This document shows, one piece after another, positions 18,575 through 28,007 of a stretch of 64,000 nucleotides of DNA (within the stretch, counting starts at the first letter, position 1; every line of letters begins with the position of its first letter). The translations under genes and the position numbers were made by a program. The notes below the pieces were generated by a model. It searched no databases and was not told the origin of the DNA. It saw only the letters and a list, made by a program, of their open reading frames with translations. The stretch lies in contig CBDIIB010000005.1 in assembly GCA_965279525.1 (NCBI GenBank), positions 896,001-960,000 on the forward strand. Direction: 5' to 3'. The DNA comes from Tagaea sp. (GTDB lineage: Bacteria > Pseudomonadota > Alphaproteobacteria > CACIAM-22H2).

Positions 18575-19323
18575 GCGTCGCGCGCCGCAACCGCCTCGGC
18601 GAAGGCGCGGAAGATCGCCGCCGCGAACGCGTCGCTGCGCACGTGCCATTCGGGATGCCATTGCAGGCCGAGCGCGAAGCCGGGCCCGCGGGTCCAGCGC
18701 ACCGCCTCGATCGTGCCGTCGGCGTGCCGCGCCTCGACGGCAAGGCCGTCGGCCAGCCGGTCGATCGCCTGCGCGTGCAGCGAATTGACGAAGGCGCGCG
18801 ACGTTCCGGCGATCTTCTCGAGGAAACCGCCCGGCACCAGCTCGATCCAGTGGCGCAGCGCGTATCGCACGTCCATGTCGGGATCTTCCGGCGCCTGATG
18901 GTCGATGCGGCCGGGCAGTTCCTCGACATGCTGGAAGAGGCTGCCGCCCAGCGCCACGTTGAGTTCCTGGTGCCCGCGGCACAGCGCCAGCAGCGGCAAC
19001 CCGCGCGCAAGGGCAGCGCGGATCAGCGGCAGGGTCGTGGCGTCGCGCGCGGCATCGTGCAGCGTGTCGGGCCTGCCCGTGTCGCCATAGTGCGACGGCT
19101 CGACATTCGACGGGCTGCCGGTCAACAGCAGTCCGTCGAGCCGGTCAAGGACCGCTTCGACGCTCTGGCGGGTGCCGATGGCCGGCAGGATCAGCGGCAC
19201 GCCGCCGATCCCGTCGAGGACGGCATCGACATACTGGGTCCGGACGATGTGCTGGAGGCCGCGATGGCCGGTCTGCAGGCAGGCGGAAACGCCGATGACG
19301 GGGGATTTCTTCATGTTGTCCAA
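18571..19323 (-). CDS. puuD: Gamma-glutamyl-gamma-aminobutyrate hydrolase family (peptidase C26)
   Basis: LDGLLLTGSPSNV; LALCRGHQELNVALGGSL; VNSLHAQ; LQWHPE catalytic motifs. Confidence 0.85.
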   Translation of the reverse strand: MDNMKKSPVIGVSACLQTGHRGLQHIVRTQYVDAVLDGIGGVPLILPAIGTRQSVEAVLDRLDGLLLTGSPSNVEPSHYGDTGRPDTLHDAARDATTLPLIRAALARGLPLLALCRGHQELNVALGGSLFQHVEELPGRIDHQAPEDPDMDVRYALRHWIELVPGGFLEKIAGTSRAFVNSLHAQAIDRLADGLAVEARHADGTIEAVRWTRGPGFALGLQWHPEWHVRSDAFAAAIFRAFAEAVAARDA

Positions 19324-19359
19324 GCCCTAGCACGCCGGCCGGGCCGGCTTCAAACGGGA

Positions 19360-19373
19360 TTGATCCAACGCAA
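19360..19373 (+). promoter_or_regulatory. FNR/FixK-type box
   Basis: TTGATCCAACGCAA fits TTG(A/C)-N6-(T/G)CAA; 64 nt upstream of ATG 19438. Confidence 0.6.
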
Positions 19374-19437
19374 TTCGGCCATGAAAGGCGTGTGACATAA
19401 GAAGCTTGAAACCCCGATTTCCGGAGAACAGCAGGCC

Positions 19438-19833
19438 ATGAACCATTTCCACGCCGTCGTCTGGCTCGACCACGCGCACGCCAAGATCTTCCATTTCGAC
19501 GCGCATGCCTTCGAGGTGCAGGCCATCAAGTCGCCGCACGGCGACGGGCAGGTGCATCGCAAGGCCGGTGCCATCGGCTCAGGCCATGCCGCCGACGATC
19601 CGAAATACTTCGCGTCAGTGGCCGACGGCCTGCGCGACGCGCAGGAGATCCTGCTCGTCGGGCCCGGCCACACGAAAGGTGCCTTCGCCAAGCATCTCGC
19701 GGCACACGCGCCCGATATCGCGAAGAAGGTCGTCACGGTCGAGAACGCCGACCACCCGACCGACGGCGAGATCGTCGATCACGCGCGCAAGTACTTCAAG
19801 ATCGCCGACCGGATGACGCCTCAGCGGGCGTGA
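19438..19833 (+). CDS. Small eRF1-domain-like protein ('translational machinery protein' type)
   Basis: HAVVWLDHAHAKIF...YFASVADGL...EILLVGPGHTK...VTVENADHPTDGEIV pattern typical of bacterial aeRF1-like small proteins. Confidence 0.75.
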   Translation: MNHFHAVVWLDHAHAKIFHFDAHAFEVQAIKSPHGDGQVHRKAGAIGSGHAADDPKYFASVADGLRDAQEILLVGPGHTKGAFAKHLAAHAPDIAKKVVTVENADHPTDGEIVDHARKYFKIADRMTPQRA

Positions 19834-20800
19834 TCTCGGTCTCGCCGCGGGTCCGCCACAGCGAATAGAGAATTCCCGCGGCGATCAGGCCGACCGTCAC
19901 CGACAGCGAGAACCACGCCGGCATCTTGATGCCGAAGCCGACGAGGAAGATCTTGGTGCCGACGAACAGCAGGATCGTCGCCAGCGCATATTTGAGATAG
20001 CGGAAGCGGTGGATCATCGCGGCCAGCGCGAAATAGAGCGAGCGCAGCCCCAGGATCGCGAAGATGTTCGACGTGTAGACGATGAACGGGTCCGTCGTGA
20101 TCGCGAAGATCGCCGGAACCGAATCGACCGCGAAGATCAGGTCGACCGCCTCGACGAGCACGAGGCACAAGAACAGCGGCGTGGCCCAGCGCACCATCCG
20201 GCCGGTGGCAGGATCTGCCTGCATCACGAAGAAGCGCTCCTCGTGCAGTTCGGCCGTCACGCGCATGCGGCCTTTCAGGAACTTCAGCACCGGGTTGTCC
20301 CCGAGATCGCCTTCCTTGTCTGCCATCACCAGCATCTTGATGCCGGTGAAAAACAGGAACGCGCCGAAGACATAGAGGATCCACTGGAACTGGACGACGA
20401 GTGCGGCCCCCAGCCCGATCATCACGCCGCGCATGACGACGACGCCGATCACGCCCCAGAACAGCACGCGGTGCTGGTATTTCCGCGGGACGGCGAAATA
20501 GGTGAAGATCATCGAGATCGCGAAGACGTTGTCGAGCGACAGCGACCATTCGACGAAGAAGCCGGTGAAATATTCCATGCCCGGCACCGGGCCCATGAAC
20601 CACCAGACCCAGCCGCCGAACAGCATGGCGAGCGAGAAGTAGAACGCCGAGAGCTTCAGGCTCTGCGCGACGCCGATCTCCTTCTGGCCGCGGTTGAGCA
20701 CGCCCAGGTCGAGGGCGAGCAGCGTGACCACGATGCCGAGGAAGGCCGCCCACATCCAGGCCGGCTTGCCGAGAAATTCGTACGCGAAGAGGCTTTCCAT
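19796..20800 (-). CDS. terC: TerC/Alx family membrane protein
   Basis: LALDLG; GFFVEWSLSLDNVF; QHRVLFWG; DLIFAVDSVPAIFAITTDPFIVYTSNIFAILGLRSLYF. Start trimmed to ATG 20800. Confidence 0.93.
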   Translation of the reverse strand: MESLFAYEFLGKPAWMWAAFLGIVVTLLALDLGVLNRGQKEIGVAQSLKLSAFYFSLAMLFGGWVWWFMGPVPGMEYFTGFFVEWSLSLDNVFAISMIFTYFAVPRKYQHRVLFWGVIGVVVMRGVMIGLGAALVVQFQWILYVFGAFLFFTGIKMLVMADKEGDLGDNPVLKFLKGRMRVTAELHEERFFVMQADPATGRMVRWATPLFLCLVLVEAVDLIFAVDSVPAIFAITTDPFIVYTSNIFAILGLRSLYFALAAMIHRFRYLKYALATILLFVGTKIFLVGFGIKMPAWFSLSVTVGLIAAGILYSLWRTRGETEITPAEASSGRRS

Positions 20801-20808
20801 GCTGTCGC

Positions 20809-20880
20809 ACTCCCATATGCGCTGGGAGTCCGACATCGCGGCGCATATGCGCCGCCAGAGGGGCCCGGACCCTGATGTCG
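20809..20880 (-). ncRNA. Structured cis-regulatory leader of terC (terC-motif-like riboswitch candidate)
   Basis: Stem CGACATC/GATGTCG encloses hairpins AGGG/CCCT and GCGGCGC-ATAT-GCGCCGC; downstream ACTCCC/GGGAGT hairpin sequesters the SD. Confidence 0.65.
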
Positions 20881-20965
20881 TTGAGATTGGCCCGCCCCTG
20901 CCGCCGCGCAAGGGGTGGTGCCGAAAAAATCGGACGGTTTCTACCGTGCCCGCGCGTTGAATCCG

Positions 20966-22465
20966 CTACTCGATGAAGGCCTTTTCGCGCGCCCGGCGCA
21001 CGGCGGGCGCCAGCACCGCGACGAGCAGCAAGGCTGCCAGCACGAGCAGGGCAAGGCTGATCGGCCGTTCGACGAAGACCATCGGGTCACCGCGCGACAG
21101 GCGCATCGCGCGGCGCAGGTTCTCTTCCATCATGGGGCCCAGGATGAAGCCCAGCAGCAGCGGCGCCGGCTCGCAGCCGAGCTTGACGAACGCGTAGCCC
21201 AGCACGCCGAAGGCAAGCGCCAGCGCCACCTCGAAGGTCGAGTTGTTGAGGCCGAAGACGCCGATGCAGCAGAACACCAGGATCGCCGGATAGAGCAGCC
21301 GGTAGGGAACGCGCAGCAGCCGGACCCACAGGCCGATCATCGGCAGGTTGATGACGACGAGCATCAGGTTGCCGACCCACATGCTGGCGATCAGCCCCCA
21401 GAACAGGGCGGGCTCGCGCGTCATCACCTGGGGCCCCGGAACGATGCCGTGGATCGACATGGCGCCGATCATCAGGGCCATCACCGCGTTGGGCGGAATC
21501 CCGAGCGTCAGCATCGGGATGAACGAGGTCTGGGCACCTGCGTTGTTCGCTGCTTCCGGTGCGGCCACGCCCGCGACCGCCCCCTTGCCGAACCGCGAGG
21601 GATCGCGCGCGATCTTCTTTTCGAGCGTGTATGCGGCGAAGCTCGACAGCAGCGCGCCCCCGCCCGGCAGCACGCCGAGCAGCGAGCCCACCAGCGTGCC
21701 GCGCAACGCCGCCGGGGCCGCCTCGCGGATCTCCGCGCGCGTCGGCCACAAGCCTTCGATCTTCGCGGATTCCCCGCGCAGGAAATGGCGCTCGAGCTGG
21801 ACCGCGATCTCGGCGATGGCGAACAGCCCCATCGCCAGCGGCACGAAGCCGATCCCGTCGGAGAGTTCCGCGATGCCGAAGGTGAATCGCAGCTGGCCCG
21901 AGTTCACGTCGGTGCCGACAAGGCCGAGCACGAGGCCCAGCAGCGTCATCGCCACGGCCTTGGCGATCGAGCCGTGCGCCAGCACGATGGCCGCGACGAG
22001 ACCGAAGGCCATCAGCGAGAAATACTCGGTTGCCCCGAAAAGCTGGCCGAAACGCACCATCGCGGGGCTGGCGACCGCGACGACGAGCGTGGCGACGGTC
22101 CCGGCGAAGAACGAGGCGAGGGCCGCGACCGCGAGGGCCGCCCCCGCCCGACCGCGCCGCGCCATCGCATGCCCGTCGATGCAGGTGACGACCGACGAGG
22201 ATTCACCCGGCATGTTGACGAGGATCGCCGTCGTCGAGCCGCCATACTGGGCACCGTAATAGATGCCCGCGAGCATGATGAGCGCACCCACCGGCTCCAG
22301 CGTGAACGTGACCGGCAGCAGCATCGCGATGGTCGCGACCGGCCCGATGCCCGGCAGCACGCCGATCAGCGTACCGAGCAGGGCACCGGCCAGGCACCAG
22401 AACAGGTTGACCGGCGTGAGCGCCACGCCGAAGCCGAGCAGCAGCGGATCGAACAGTTCGCTCAT
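20966..22465 (-). CDS. tctA: Tripartite tricarboxylate transporter large permease
   Basis: GTLIGVLPGIG; GAQYGGSTTAILVNMPGE; VAAPEAANN; PMLTLGIP; LLGFILGPMMEENLRRA. Confidence 0.94.
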   Translation of the reverse strand: MSELFDPLLLGFGVALTPVNLFWCLAGALLGTLIGVLPGIGPVATIAMLLPVTFTLEPVGALIMLAGIYYGAQYGGSTTAILVNMPGESSSVVTCIDGHAMARRGRAGAALAVAALASFFAGTVATLVVAVASPAMVRFGQLFGATEYFSLMAFGLVAAIVLAHGSIAKAVAMTLLGLVLGLVGTDVNSGQLRFTFGIAELSDGIGFVPLAMGLFAIAEIAVQLERHFLRGESAKIEGLWPTRAEIREAAPAALRGTLVGSLLGVLPGGGALLSSFAAYTLEKKIARDPSRFGKGAVAGVAAPEAANNAGAQTSFIPMLTLGIPPNAVMALMIGAMSIHGIVPGPQVMTREPALFWGLIASMWVGNLMLVVINLPMIGLWVRLLRVPYRLLYPAILVFCCIGVFGLNNSTFEVALALAFGVLGYAFVKLGCEPAPLLLGFILGPMMEENLRRAMRLSRGDPMVFVERPISLALLVLAALLLVAVLAPAVRRAREKAFIE

Positions 22466-22911
22466 CGCCCGAAGAGCGGGATCGGCAGGCCCAACCCCCA
22501 GACGAAAATCGCGGCCCCGAGTGCGGCAAGGAACGCCGCCAGCGCCAGCGTCTCGACCGGCCGGTAGGGCCGCCCGGCCAGACGCGCCAGCCCCACGCAG
22601 GCGAAGATCGCGACGATCAGGCCCGCACGCTCGAGCAGAAGCGCGAAGGCTGCCACGCCCAGCAGCAGGCACACGAGCGGACGCGGATCGCTTTCGGGCA
22701 GCGCGTCGGGGATGTGCCTGAGAAGACCGGCCAGCGCGATGGCGCTTCCCAGTGCGATCAGCAACCAGCCGAGTGCCGCGGGAACCCAACCCGGCCCCAT
22801 GCGCCGCATGTCGCCGGCGGGATAGCCCCACGCGAGGATGACGGCGGACACGCCGAAGACGATGAAGAGGCCGCCCGCGAGCGTCCCGATGCTTCGCAGG
22901 CGGCCGGCCAT
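22462..22911 (-). CDS. tctB: Tripartite tricarboxylate transporter small permease
   Basis: 4-5 TM segments; MGPGWVP; FVWGLGLPIP; located between tctC and tctA. Confidence 0.88.
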   Translation of the reverse strand: MAGRLRSIGTLAGGLFIVFGVSAVILAWGYPAGDMRRMGPGWVPAALGWLLIALGSAIALAGLLRHIPDALPESDPRPLVCLLLGVAAFALLLERAGLIVAIFACVGLARLAGRPYRPVETLALAAFLAALGAAIFVWGLGLPIPLFGR

Positions 22912-23886
22912 TCAGTCGATCCGCGCACCCGACAGGCGGACGATCTCGCGGTACTTCTCGTGTTCGGCACGCACGAAGGCGGTGAACTCCGCCGGCGTGT
23001 TGCCCACGGGCACGACCGCGAGCTTGGCAAGGCGCTCGACCGTCGCCGGGTCCTTGAGTGCGGCAATGCTCGCCGTCGCGAGCTTCTGCACGATGTCGGC
23101 AGGCGTGCCGGCCGGTGCGAAGATCCCGAACCACGTGCTGATGTCGAAACCCTGGATGCCCGCCTCGCCCATCGTCGGCACGTTGGGCACCTGGCTGTTG
23201 CGCTTGGGCGTGGTCACCGCAAGCGGCCGGAGCTTGCCCGCCTCGATCTGCGGGAAGGCGTTTGCGAGATTGTCGAACGTGAACTGCGTTTCGCCCGACA
23301 GCAGGGCGTTGAGCTGCGGGGCACCGCCCTGATAGGGGATGTGCTCGATCGGCACGCCGATGCGGTCGGCGAACAGGGCGCCGGCCAGATGCCCGCCGCT
23401 GCCGTTGCCGCCCGAGCCGTAGTTGAAGCCCTTGGGGTTCGCCTTGATGAGGCGCACGAGATCGGCGACCGTGTCGGCCTTCACCGACGGACCGACGACG
23501 AGGATGTTGGGCACGTCGCCGACCTGGGTGATCGCGACCGTGTCGCGCAGCGGCTCGAACGGCATCTTCGCGTAGAGATGCGGGTTGACCGCGTGAGTGG
23601 AAAGCGCCCCCATGACGATCGTGTGGCCGTCGGGCGCCGACTTCGCCACGAGATCGACGCCCACGTTGCCGCCCGCCCCGGGGCGGTTCTCGACGACGAC
23701 CGTCTGGCCGAGCAGCACGGTCATCTTGTCGGCGACCGCGCGCGCCGACACGTCGAGCGAGCCGCCCGGCGGAAAGGGCACCACGAAACGGATCGGGCGG
23801 CTGGGGAAAGCCTGCGCATGGGCGATGCCCGGCAGGGCGGCGGCCGCACCGGCGGCGGCGATGAAAAGGCGGCGGGAAAGCGTCAA
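22912..23886 (-). CDS. tctC: Tripartite tricarboxylate transporter substrate-binding protein (Bug/TctC)
   Basis: SRRLF Tat-like leader; FPSRPIRFVVPFPPGG; VENRPGAGG; HIPYQG; PNVPT; WFGIFAPAGTP. Confidence 0.93.
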   Translation of the reverse strand: MTLSRRLFIAAAGAAAALPGIAHAQAFPSRPIRFVVPFPPGGSLDVSARAVADKMTVLLGQTVVVENRPGAGGNVGVDLVAKSAPDGHTIVMGALSTHAVNPHLYAKMPFEPLRDTVAITQVGDVPNILVVGPSVKADTVADLVRLIKANPKGFNYGSGGNGSGGHLAGALFADRIGVPIEHIPYQGGAPQLNALLSGETQFTFDNLANAFPQIEAGKLRPLAVTTPKRNSQVPNVPTMGEAGIQGFDISTWFGIFAPAGTPADIVQKLATASIAALKDPATVERLAKLAVVPVGNTPAEFTAFVRAEHEKYREIVRLSGARID

Positions 23887-23991
23887 GGGGCGGGTCTCCT
23901 CGGGGGTGGCGGCGCGGCATTCGCCGTCGCCTGAAAGCAGGCGACGTTAGCCCAAACGCCTCGCCCCGTCAGCCCCCGACGTCGATACGCG

Positions 23992-26427
23992 TCAGTTCGC
24001 GTAATCGCCCTTGGGTGCCAGCACCTCGCGCTTGCCGACATGGTTGGCCGAGCCGATCACGCCTTCGGATTCCATGCGTTCCACGATGCGGGCGGCGCGG
24101 TTGTAGCCGATCTGCAGGTGGCGCTGGATGAAGCTGGTCGAGCATTTGCGCTCGCGCGCCACGAGCGCCACGGCCTGGTCGTAAAGCTGGTCGGAGCCTT
24201 CGCCGCCGCCCGAACCGCCGGCAGCCCCGCCCTCGCCGCCCTCGCCAAGTCCCATGGCGGCCAGCGCGTCGTCGTCCTCGGTGACCTCTTCGATATAGGC
24301 CGGCACACCCTGCGCCTTCAGATGCTGCACGACGTGCTCGACCTCGCGGTCGGACACGAACGGCCCGTGCACGCGCGTGATGCGCCCGCCGCCGGCCATG
24401 TAGAGCATGTCGCCCTGGCCGAGGAGCTGTTCGGCGCCCTGCTCGCCCAGGATCGTGCGGCTGTCGATCTTGCTGGTGACCTGGAACGAGATGCGCGTCG
24501 GGAAGTTCGCCTTGATGGTGCCGGTGATGACGTCGACCGACGGGCGCTGGGTGGCCATCAGGATGTGGATGCCGGCGGCGCGCGCCATCTGGGCAAGACG
24601 CTGGACCGCCCATTCGACTTCCTTGCCGGCGACGAGCATCAGGTCGGCCATCTCGTCGACCACCACCACGATGAAGGGCAGCGGCGTCATGTCGAGCGGC
24701 TGGTCTTCGAACACGGGCTTGCCTGCCTCGTCGAAGCCGGTCTGCACCTTGCGGGTGAGCATCTCGCCCGACTTCTTGGCTTCGGCGAGGCGCTGGTTGT
24801 AGCCCGCGATGTTGCGCACGCCGAGCTTCGACATGGCGCGGTAGCGGTTCTCCATCTCGCGCACGGTCCATTTGAGCGCCACGACCGCCTTCTTGGGGTC
24901 GGTCACGACCGGCGAAAGCAAATGCGGGATGCCGTCATAGACCGAAAGCTCGATCATCTTGGGATCGATCATGATGAAGCGGCACTCGGCCGGCGACAGG
25001 CGGTAGAGCAGCGACAGGATCATCGTGTTGATCGCGACCGACTTGCCCGAACCCGTGGTGCCGGCGATGAGCAGATGGGGCATGCGCGCGAGGTCGACGA
25101 TGATCGCCCCGCCGCCGATGTCGCGCCCGAGCACGAGGGAGAGGCCCGCCTGCTTGTCCTCGATCGTCTGTTCGAGAAGATCGCGCAGGAACACCGTCTC
25201 GCGTTCGGCGTTGGGGAGTTCGATGCCGATGACGTTGCGCCCCGGCACGACCGCCACGCGCACGGCGAGGGCCGACATCGAACGCGCGATGTCGTCCGAC
25301 AGGCCGACGACGCGCGCGGCCTTGGTGCCGGGTGCGGGCTCGAGTTCATAGAGGGTGACGACGGGACCCGGGCGGACCTTCACGATCTGGCCCTTGACGC
25401 CGTAGTCGTCGAGCACGCCTTCGAGCAGGCGCGCGTTCTGGGCAAGTGCTGTCTCGTCGACCGCCGCGGCGGCCTTGACGATCTTGGGCTTGGTCAGGAG
25501 GTCGATCGACGGCGCCTGGTATTCGCCCTGCACCGCGAGATCGAGGTTGGCCTGCTTGGGCTTCTTCTTCGCCTCGGGCTTCGCCTTTTCGGCAATTGCG
25601 CTGCGCTCGACCAGTTCGGTCGGCGGCACGCGCGGCTTCTCCGGCTCGGGGGCGATTTCCGGATCGGAATCGGCGGAGCCGTCGAGCGAGGGTTCGTGGC
25701 GGCTGCGCTTGAGTTCCTGCTTCTCGCGCGCGCGCGCCTTGGCGGGATCGCCCAGGCGCACCTTCGCGACGACCGTGGAAAGCCCCTGCCACAGGCCGGT
25801 CGCGACCTTGGCCGACATGCGCGCGAGCCAGCCGCCGGCCCACGCGGCCGTGCGGTATTCGCCCCACGTGATCGCAAGGCCGAAGACGAACGCGAGCAGG
25901 GCAAGCCCGGCCGCGGCCGTCGCCAGCACGTCGGCGCCACGGCCGAAATCGGCGCCGAGATTGAGCATCGTCGCAAGGAAGATCTGGCCCACCGTGCCGC
26001 CAAGGCTTGCGTCGAGCGGACGCGGCCAGCCGGCAGGTGCTGTCCACGTCGACAGCGCCATCGCGGCGAGCAGGACGGTGACGGGCAGCAACGCGACGCG
26101 CAGCCACCACAGGTGCAGGAAGCGCGAGCGCATCAGGCGCCAGCCCCACGCCGCGAACGAAACCGGGATCAGCACGCCGGCAAGGCCGAGCGTCTGCAGG
26201 ATGAGATCGGCACACGCCGCACCGGCGAAGCCGAGGATGTTGCTGATCTTGAGATCGGTCGCCCGGTTGAAACTCGGGTCGGCGGAATCGTACGTGACGA
26301 GCGAAGCCGCCACGAGCGCCGCGAGTACGAGCAGGCCGAGACCGACGGTTTCGGCCATCCGCTTGCGGATGAAGGCGCCGGCCCCCTCGGGGAACAGGCC
26401 GGTCGTGATGCGCGTTGCGATCGCCAT
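23992..26427 (-). CDS. ftsK: DNA translocase FtsK
   Basis: N-terminal 4TM region; MPHLLIAGTTGSGKSV; VDEMADLM; ATQRPSVDVITG; LLGQGDML; gamma domain STSFIQRHLQIGYNRAA. Confidence 0.97.
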   Translation of the reverse strand: MAIATRITTGLFPEGAGAFIRKRMAETVGLGLLVLAALVAASLVTYDSADPSFNRATDLKISNILGFAGAACADLILQTLGLAGVLIPVSFAAWGWRLMRSRFLHLWWLRVALLPVTVLLAAMALSTWTAPAGWPRPLDASLGGTVGQIFLATMLNLGADFGRGADVLATAAAGLALLAFVFGLAITWGEYRTAAWAGGWLARMSAKVATGLWQGLSTVVAKVRLGDPAKARAREKQELKRSRHEPSLDGSADSDPEIAPEPEKPRVPPTELVERSAIAEKAKPEAKKKPKQANLDLAVQGEYQAPSIDLLTKPKIVKAAAAVDETALAQNARLLEGVLDDYGVKGQIVKVRPGPVVTLYELEPAPGTKAARVVGLSDDIARSMSALAVRVAVVPGRNVIGIELPNAERETVFLRDLLEQTIEDKQAGLSLVLGRDIGGGAIIVDLARMPHLLIAGTTGSGKSVAINTMILSLLYRLSPAECRFIMIDPKMIELSVYDGIPHLLSPVVTDPKKAVVALKWTVREMENRYRAMSKLGVRNIAGYNQRLAEAKKSGEMLTRKVQTGFDEAGKPVFEDQPLDMTPLPFIVVVVDEMADLMLVAGKEVEWAVQRLAQMARAAGIHILMATQRPSVDVITGTIKANFPTRISFQVTSKIDSRTILGEQGAEQLLGQGDMLYMAGGGRITRVHGPFVSDREVEHVVQHLKAQGVPAYIEEVTEDDDALAAMGLGEGGEGGAAGGSGGGEGSDQLYDQAVALVARERKCSTSFIQRHLQIGYNRAARIVERMESEGVIGSANHVGKREVLAPKGDYAN

Positions 26428-26439
26428 GGGCTTCGTCCT

Positions 26440-27648
26440 CTAGAGAACCTGCGCGATGCGCGCGAGCGCACGATCGACCGTGTCGAGATCGTGCACCAAC
26501 GCGATGCGGATGAAGGGTTTGCCGGTGTTGCTGCCGTCCGGCTCGTTCTTGGTGAGATAGCCGCCGGGCAGAACCTTGATGCCCGTCTCCTCCCACAGTT
26601 TCCTGGTCGCGGCCTCGCCGTCGCCGACTTCGATCCACAAGAACATGCCGCCGGCCGGGCTGTAGAAACCGGGATATCCGGCAAGATGGCGCCGGGCGGA
26701 CTCGAACTTCGCCTTGTAGAGCGCGCGGTTCTCGATCGCATGCGCCTCGTCGCGCCACAGGGCGGCCGAGGCGAGCTGGACCGGATAGGGCGTGGCGGCG
26801 CACGAATAGCTGCGCAGGCGGTTGAGTGCCGTGATCGTCGCGGGCGAGCCCACGCCGAAGCCCGAGCGCATGCCGGCCGCCGAGCTGCGCTTGGAAAGCG
26901 TGTGGAAGCACACGACGTTGTCGAGCGGATGGCCCGAGGGCCCGCGCCCCATCGCGTGCGCGACCTCGACGCCGCCCGTGGGCGGCGCATCGCCGTAATA
27001 GAGCTCGGCGTAGCACTCGTCGAGGATGAGCAGGAAATCGTGCTCGCGCGCCAGCCCGATCGCCTTTTCAAGATAGGCGCCGGTGGCGATGGCACCTTGC
27101 GGGTTGCCCGGCGAGCACAGATAGAAGATGGCCGTGCGCGCCAGCGTGTCGGCCGGGATCGCGTCGAGATCGGGAAGGAACCCGGTCTCGCGCGTCGTGG
27201 TGAGGAACACCGGTTCGGCGCCCGCCATTACGGCTGCACCGTAATAGACCTGGTAGAACGGATTGGGCATCAGGGCGATCGGCGTCTTGCCGTTCTTGGC
27301 GCGGCTCACGGCCAGCAGGGCGGCGATGAACAGGCCTTCGCGCGTGCCCGCGACGGGTGCGATCTGGGTCTCGAAATCGATCGTGCCGCCGGCGAGCTTG
27401 TAGCGCCGCTCAAGCCAGCCCACGATCGCCTGGCGGTACTCGGCGATGCCCTGCAAGGGGGGGTAGGTATTCCACTTGTCGGCGTTGGCCGCGACGATCG
27501 CGGCGGCAAAGGCCGGCGGCTGGTGCTGGGGGTCCCCGACCGACATGGCGAGCGGGACAGCGTTGCTGCGCGGGGTTACCCCTGCGATCAAATTCGCAAG
27601 TCGAGCAAAGGGATAGTCGGCAAGCAGGTCGAGTCGTTCGTTGAGCAT
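26440..27648 (-). CDS. PLP-dependent aminotransferase class I/II (DapC-like)
   Basis: YPFARL; PNPFYQVY; CSPGNPQG; DECYAE; TLSKRSSAAGMRSG (PLP lysine). Confidence 0.88.
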   Translation of the reverse strand: MLNERLDLLADYPFARLANLIAGVTPRSNAVPLAMSVGDPQHQPPAFAAAIVAANADKWNTYPPLQGIAEYRQAIVGWLERRYKLAGGTIDFETQIAPVAGTREGLFIAALLAVSRAKNGKTPIALMPNPFYQVYYGAAVMAGAEPVFLTTTRETGFLPDLDAIPADTLARTAIFYLCSPGNPQGAIATGAYLEKAIGLAREHDFLLILDECYAELYYGDAPPTGGVEVAHAMGRGPSGHPLDNVVCFHTLSKRSSAAGMRSGFGVGSPATITALNRLRSYSCAATPYPVQLASAALWRDEAHAIENRALYKAKFESARRHLAGYPGFYSPAGGMFLWIEVGDGEAATRKLWEETGIKVLPGGYLTKNEPDGSNTGKPFIRIALVHDLDTVDRALARIAQVL

Positions 27649-28007
27649 GTCCGCCGTGGTCCGGGCCTATGAACACAAGATTTTGCGCGTCGAACCCTTG
27701 CCCATCCGCCGGGGGCGAACAGGTACAAAGGTGAAACAACCATAACCCGGCAACTCTTAAAGTACAAGTTTAAGAGCCGTAGGAGACACCGAGTCTAGGG
27801 GGTCGAGCGGATGTTCCCTACGAAATACCCGAGTCGCCCCGAGTCGCGGAACGCGCCCGGAACAAAACGTGTTAACCCGCTGATCTACTGGGACTTTGGA
27901 CGCCGGATTGGCGCAACCCCCGAACCACTAGGGATTGGGGGCGATCCGATTGGCCTTTTGCCGCAATTCTGTGGGAAAAGGGCCGCTTAGGAGCCCGCAC
28001 GACACCG

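Noticed and set aside
19796-19833. 38-bp convergent overlap of terC and the eRF1-like gene
   Set aside because: Short 3' overlaps are common in compact high-GC genomes; no further signal.
27849-27863. GAAC-N7-GAAC alphaproteobacterial LexA box
   Set aside because: Formal match, but the spacer is GC-rich and an 8-bp pattern is expected about once by chance in 64 kb; not supportable alone.
27811-27990. Roughly 59-codon ORF MFPTKYPSRPES... in the spacer upstream of the msbA-like gene
   Set aside because: No recognisable motif and atypical codon usage; better explained as regulatory DNA.
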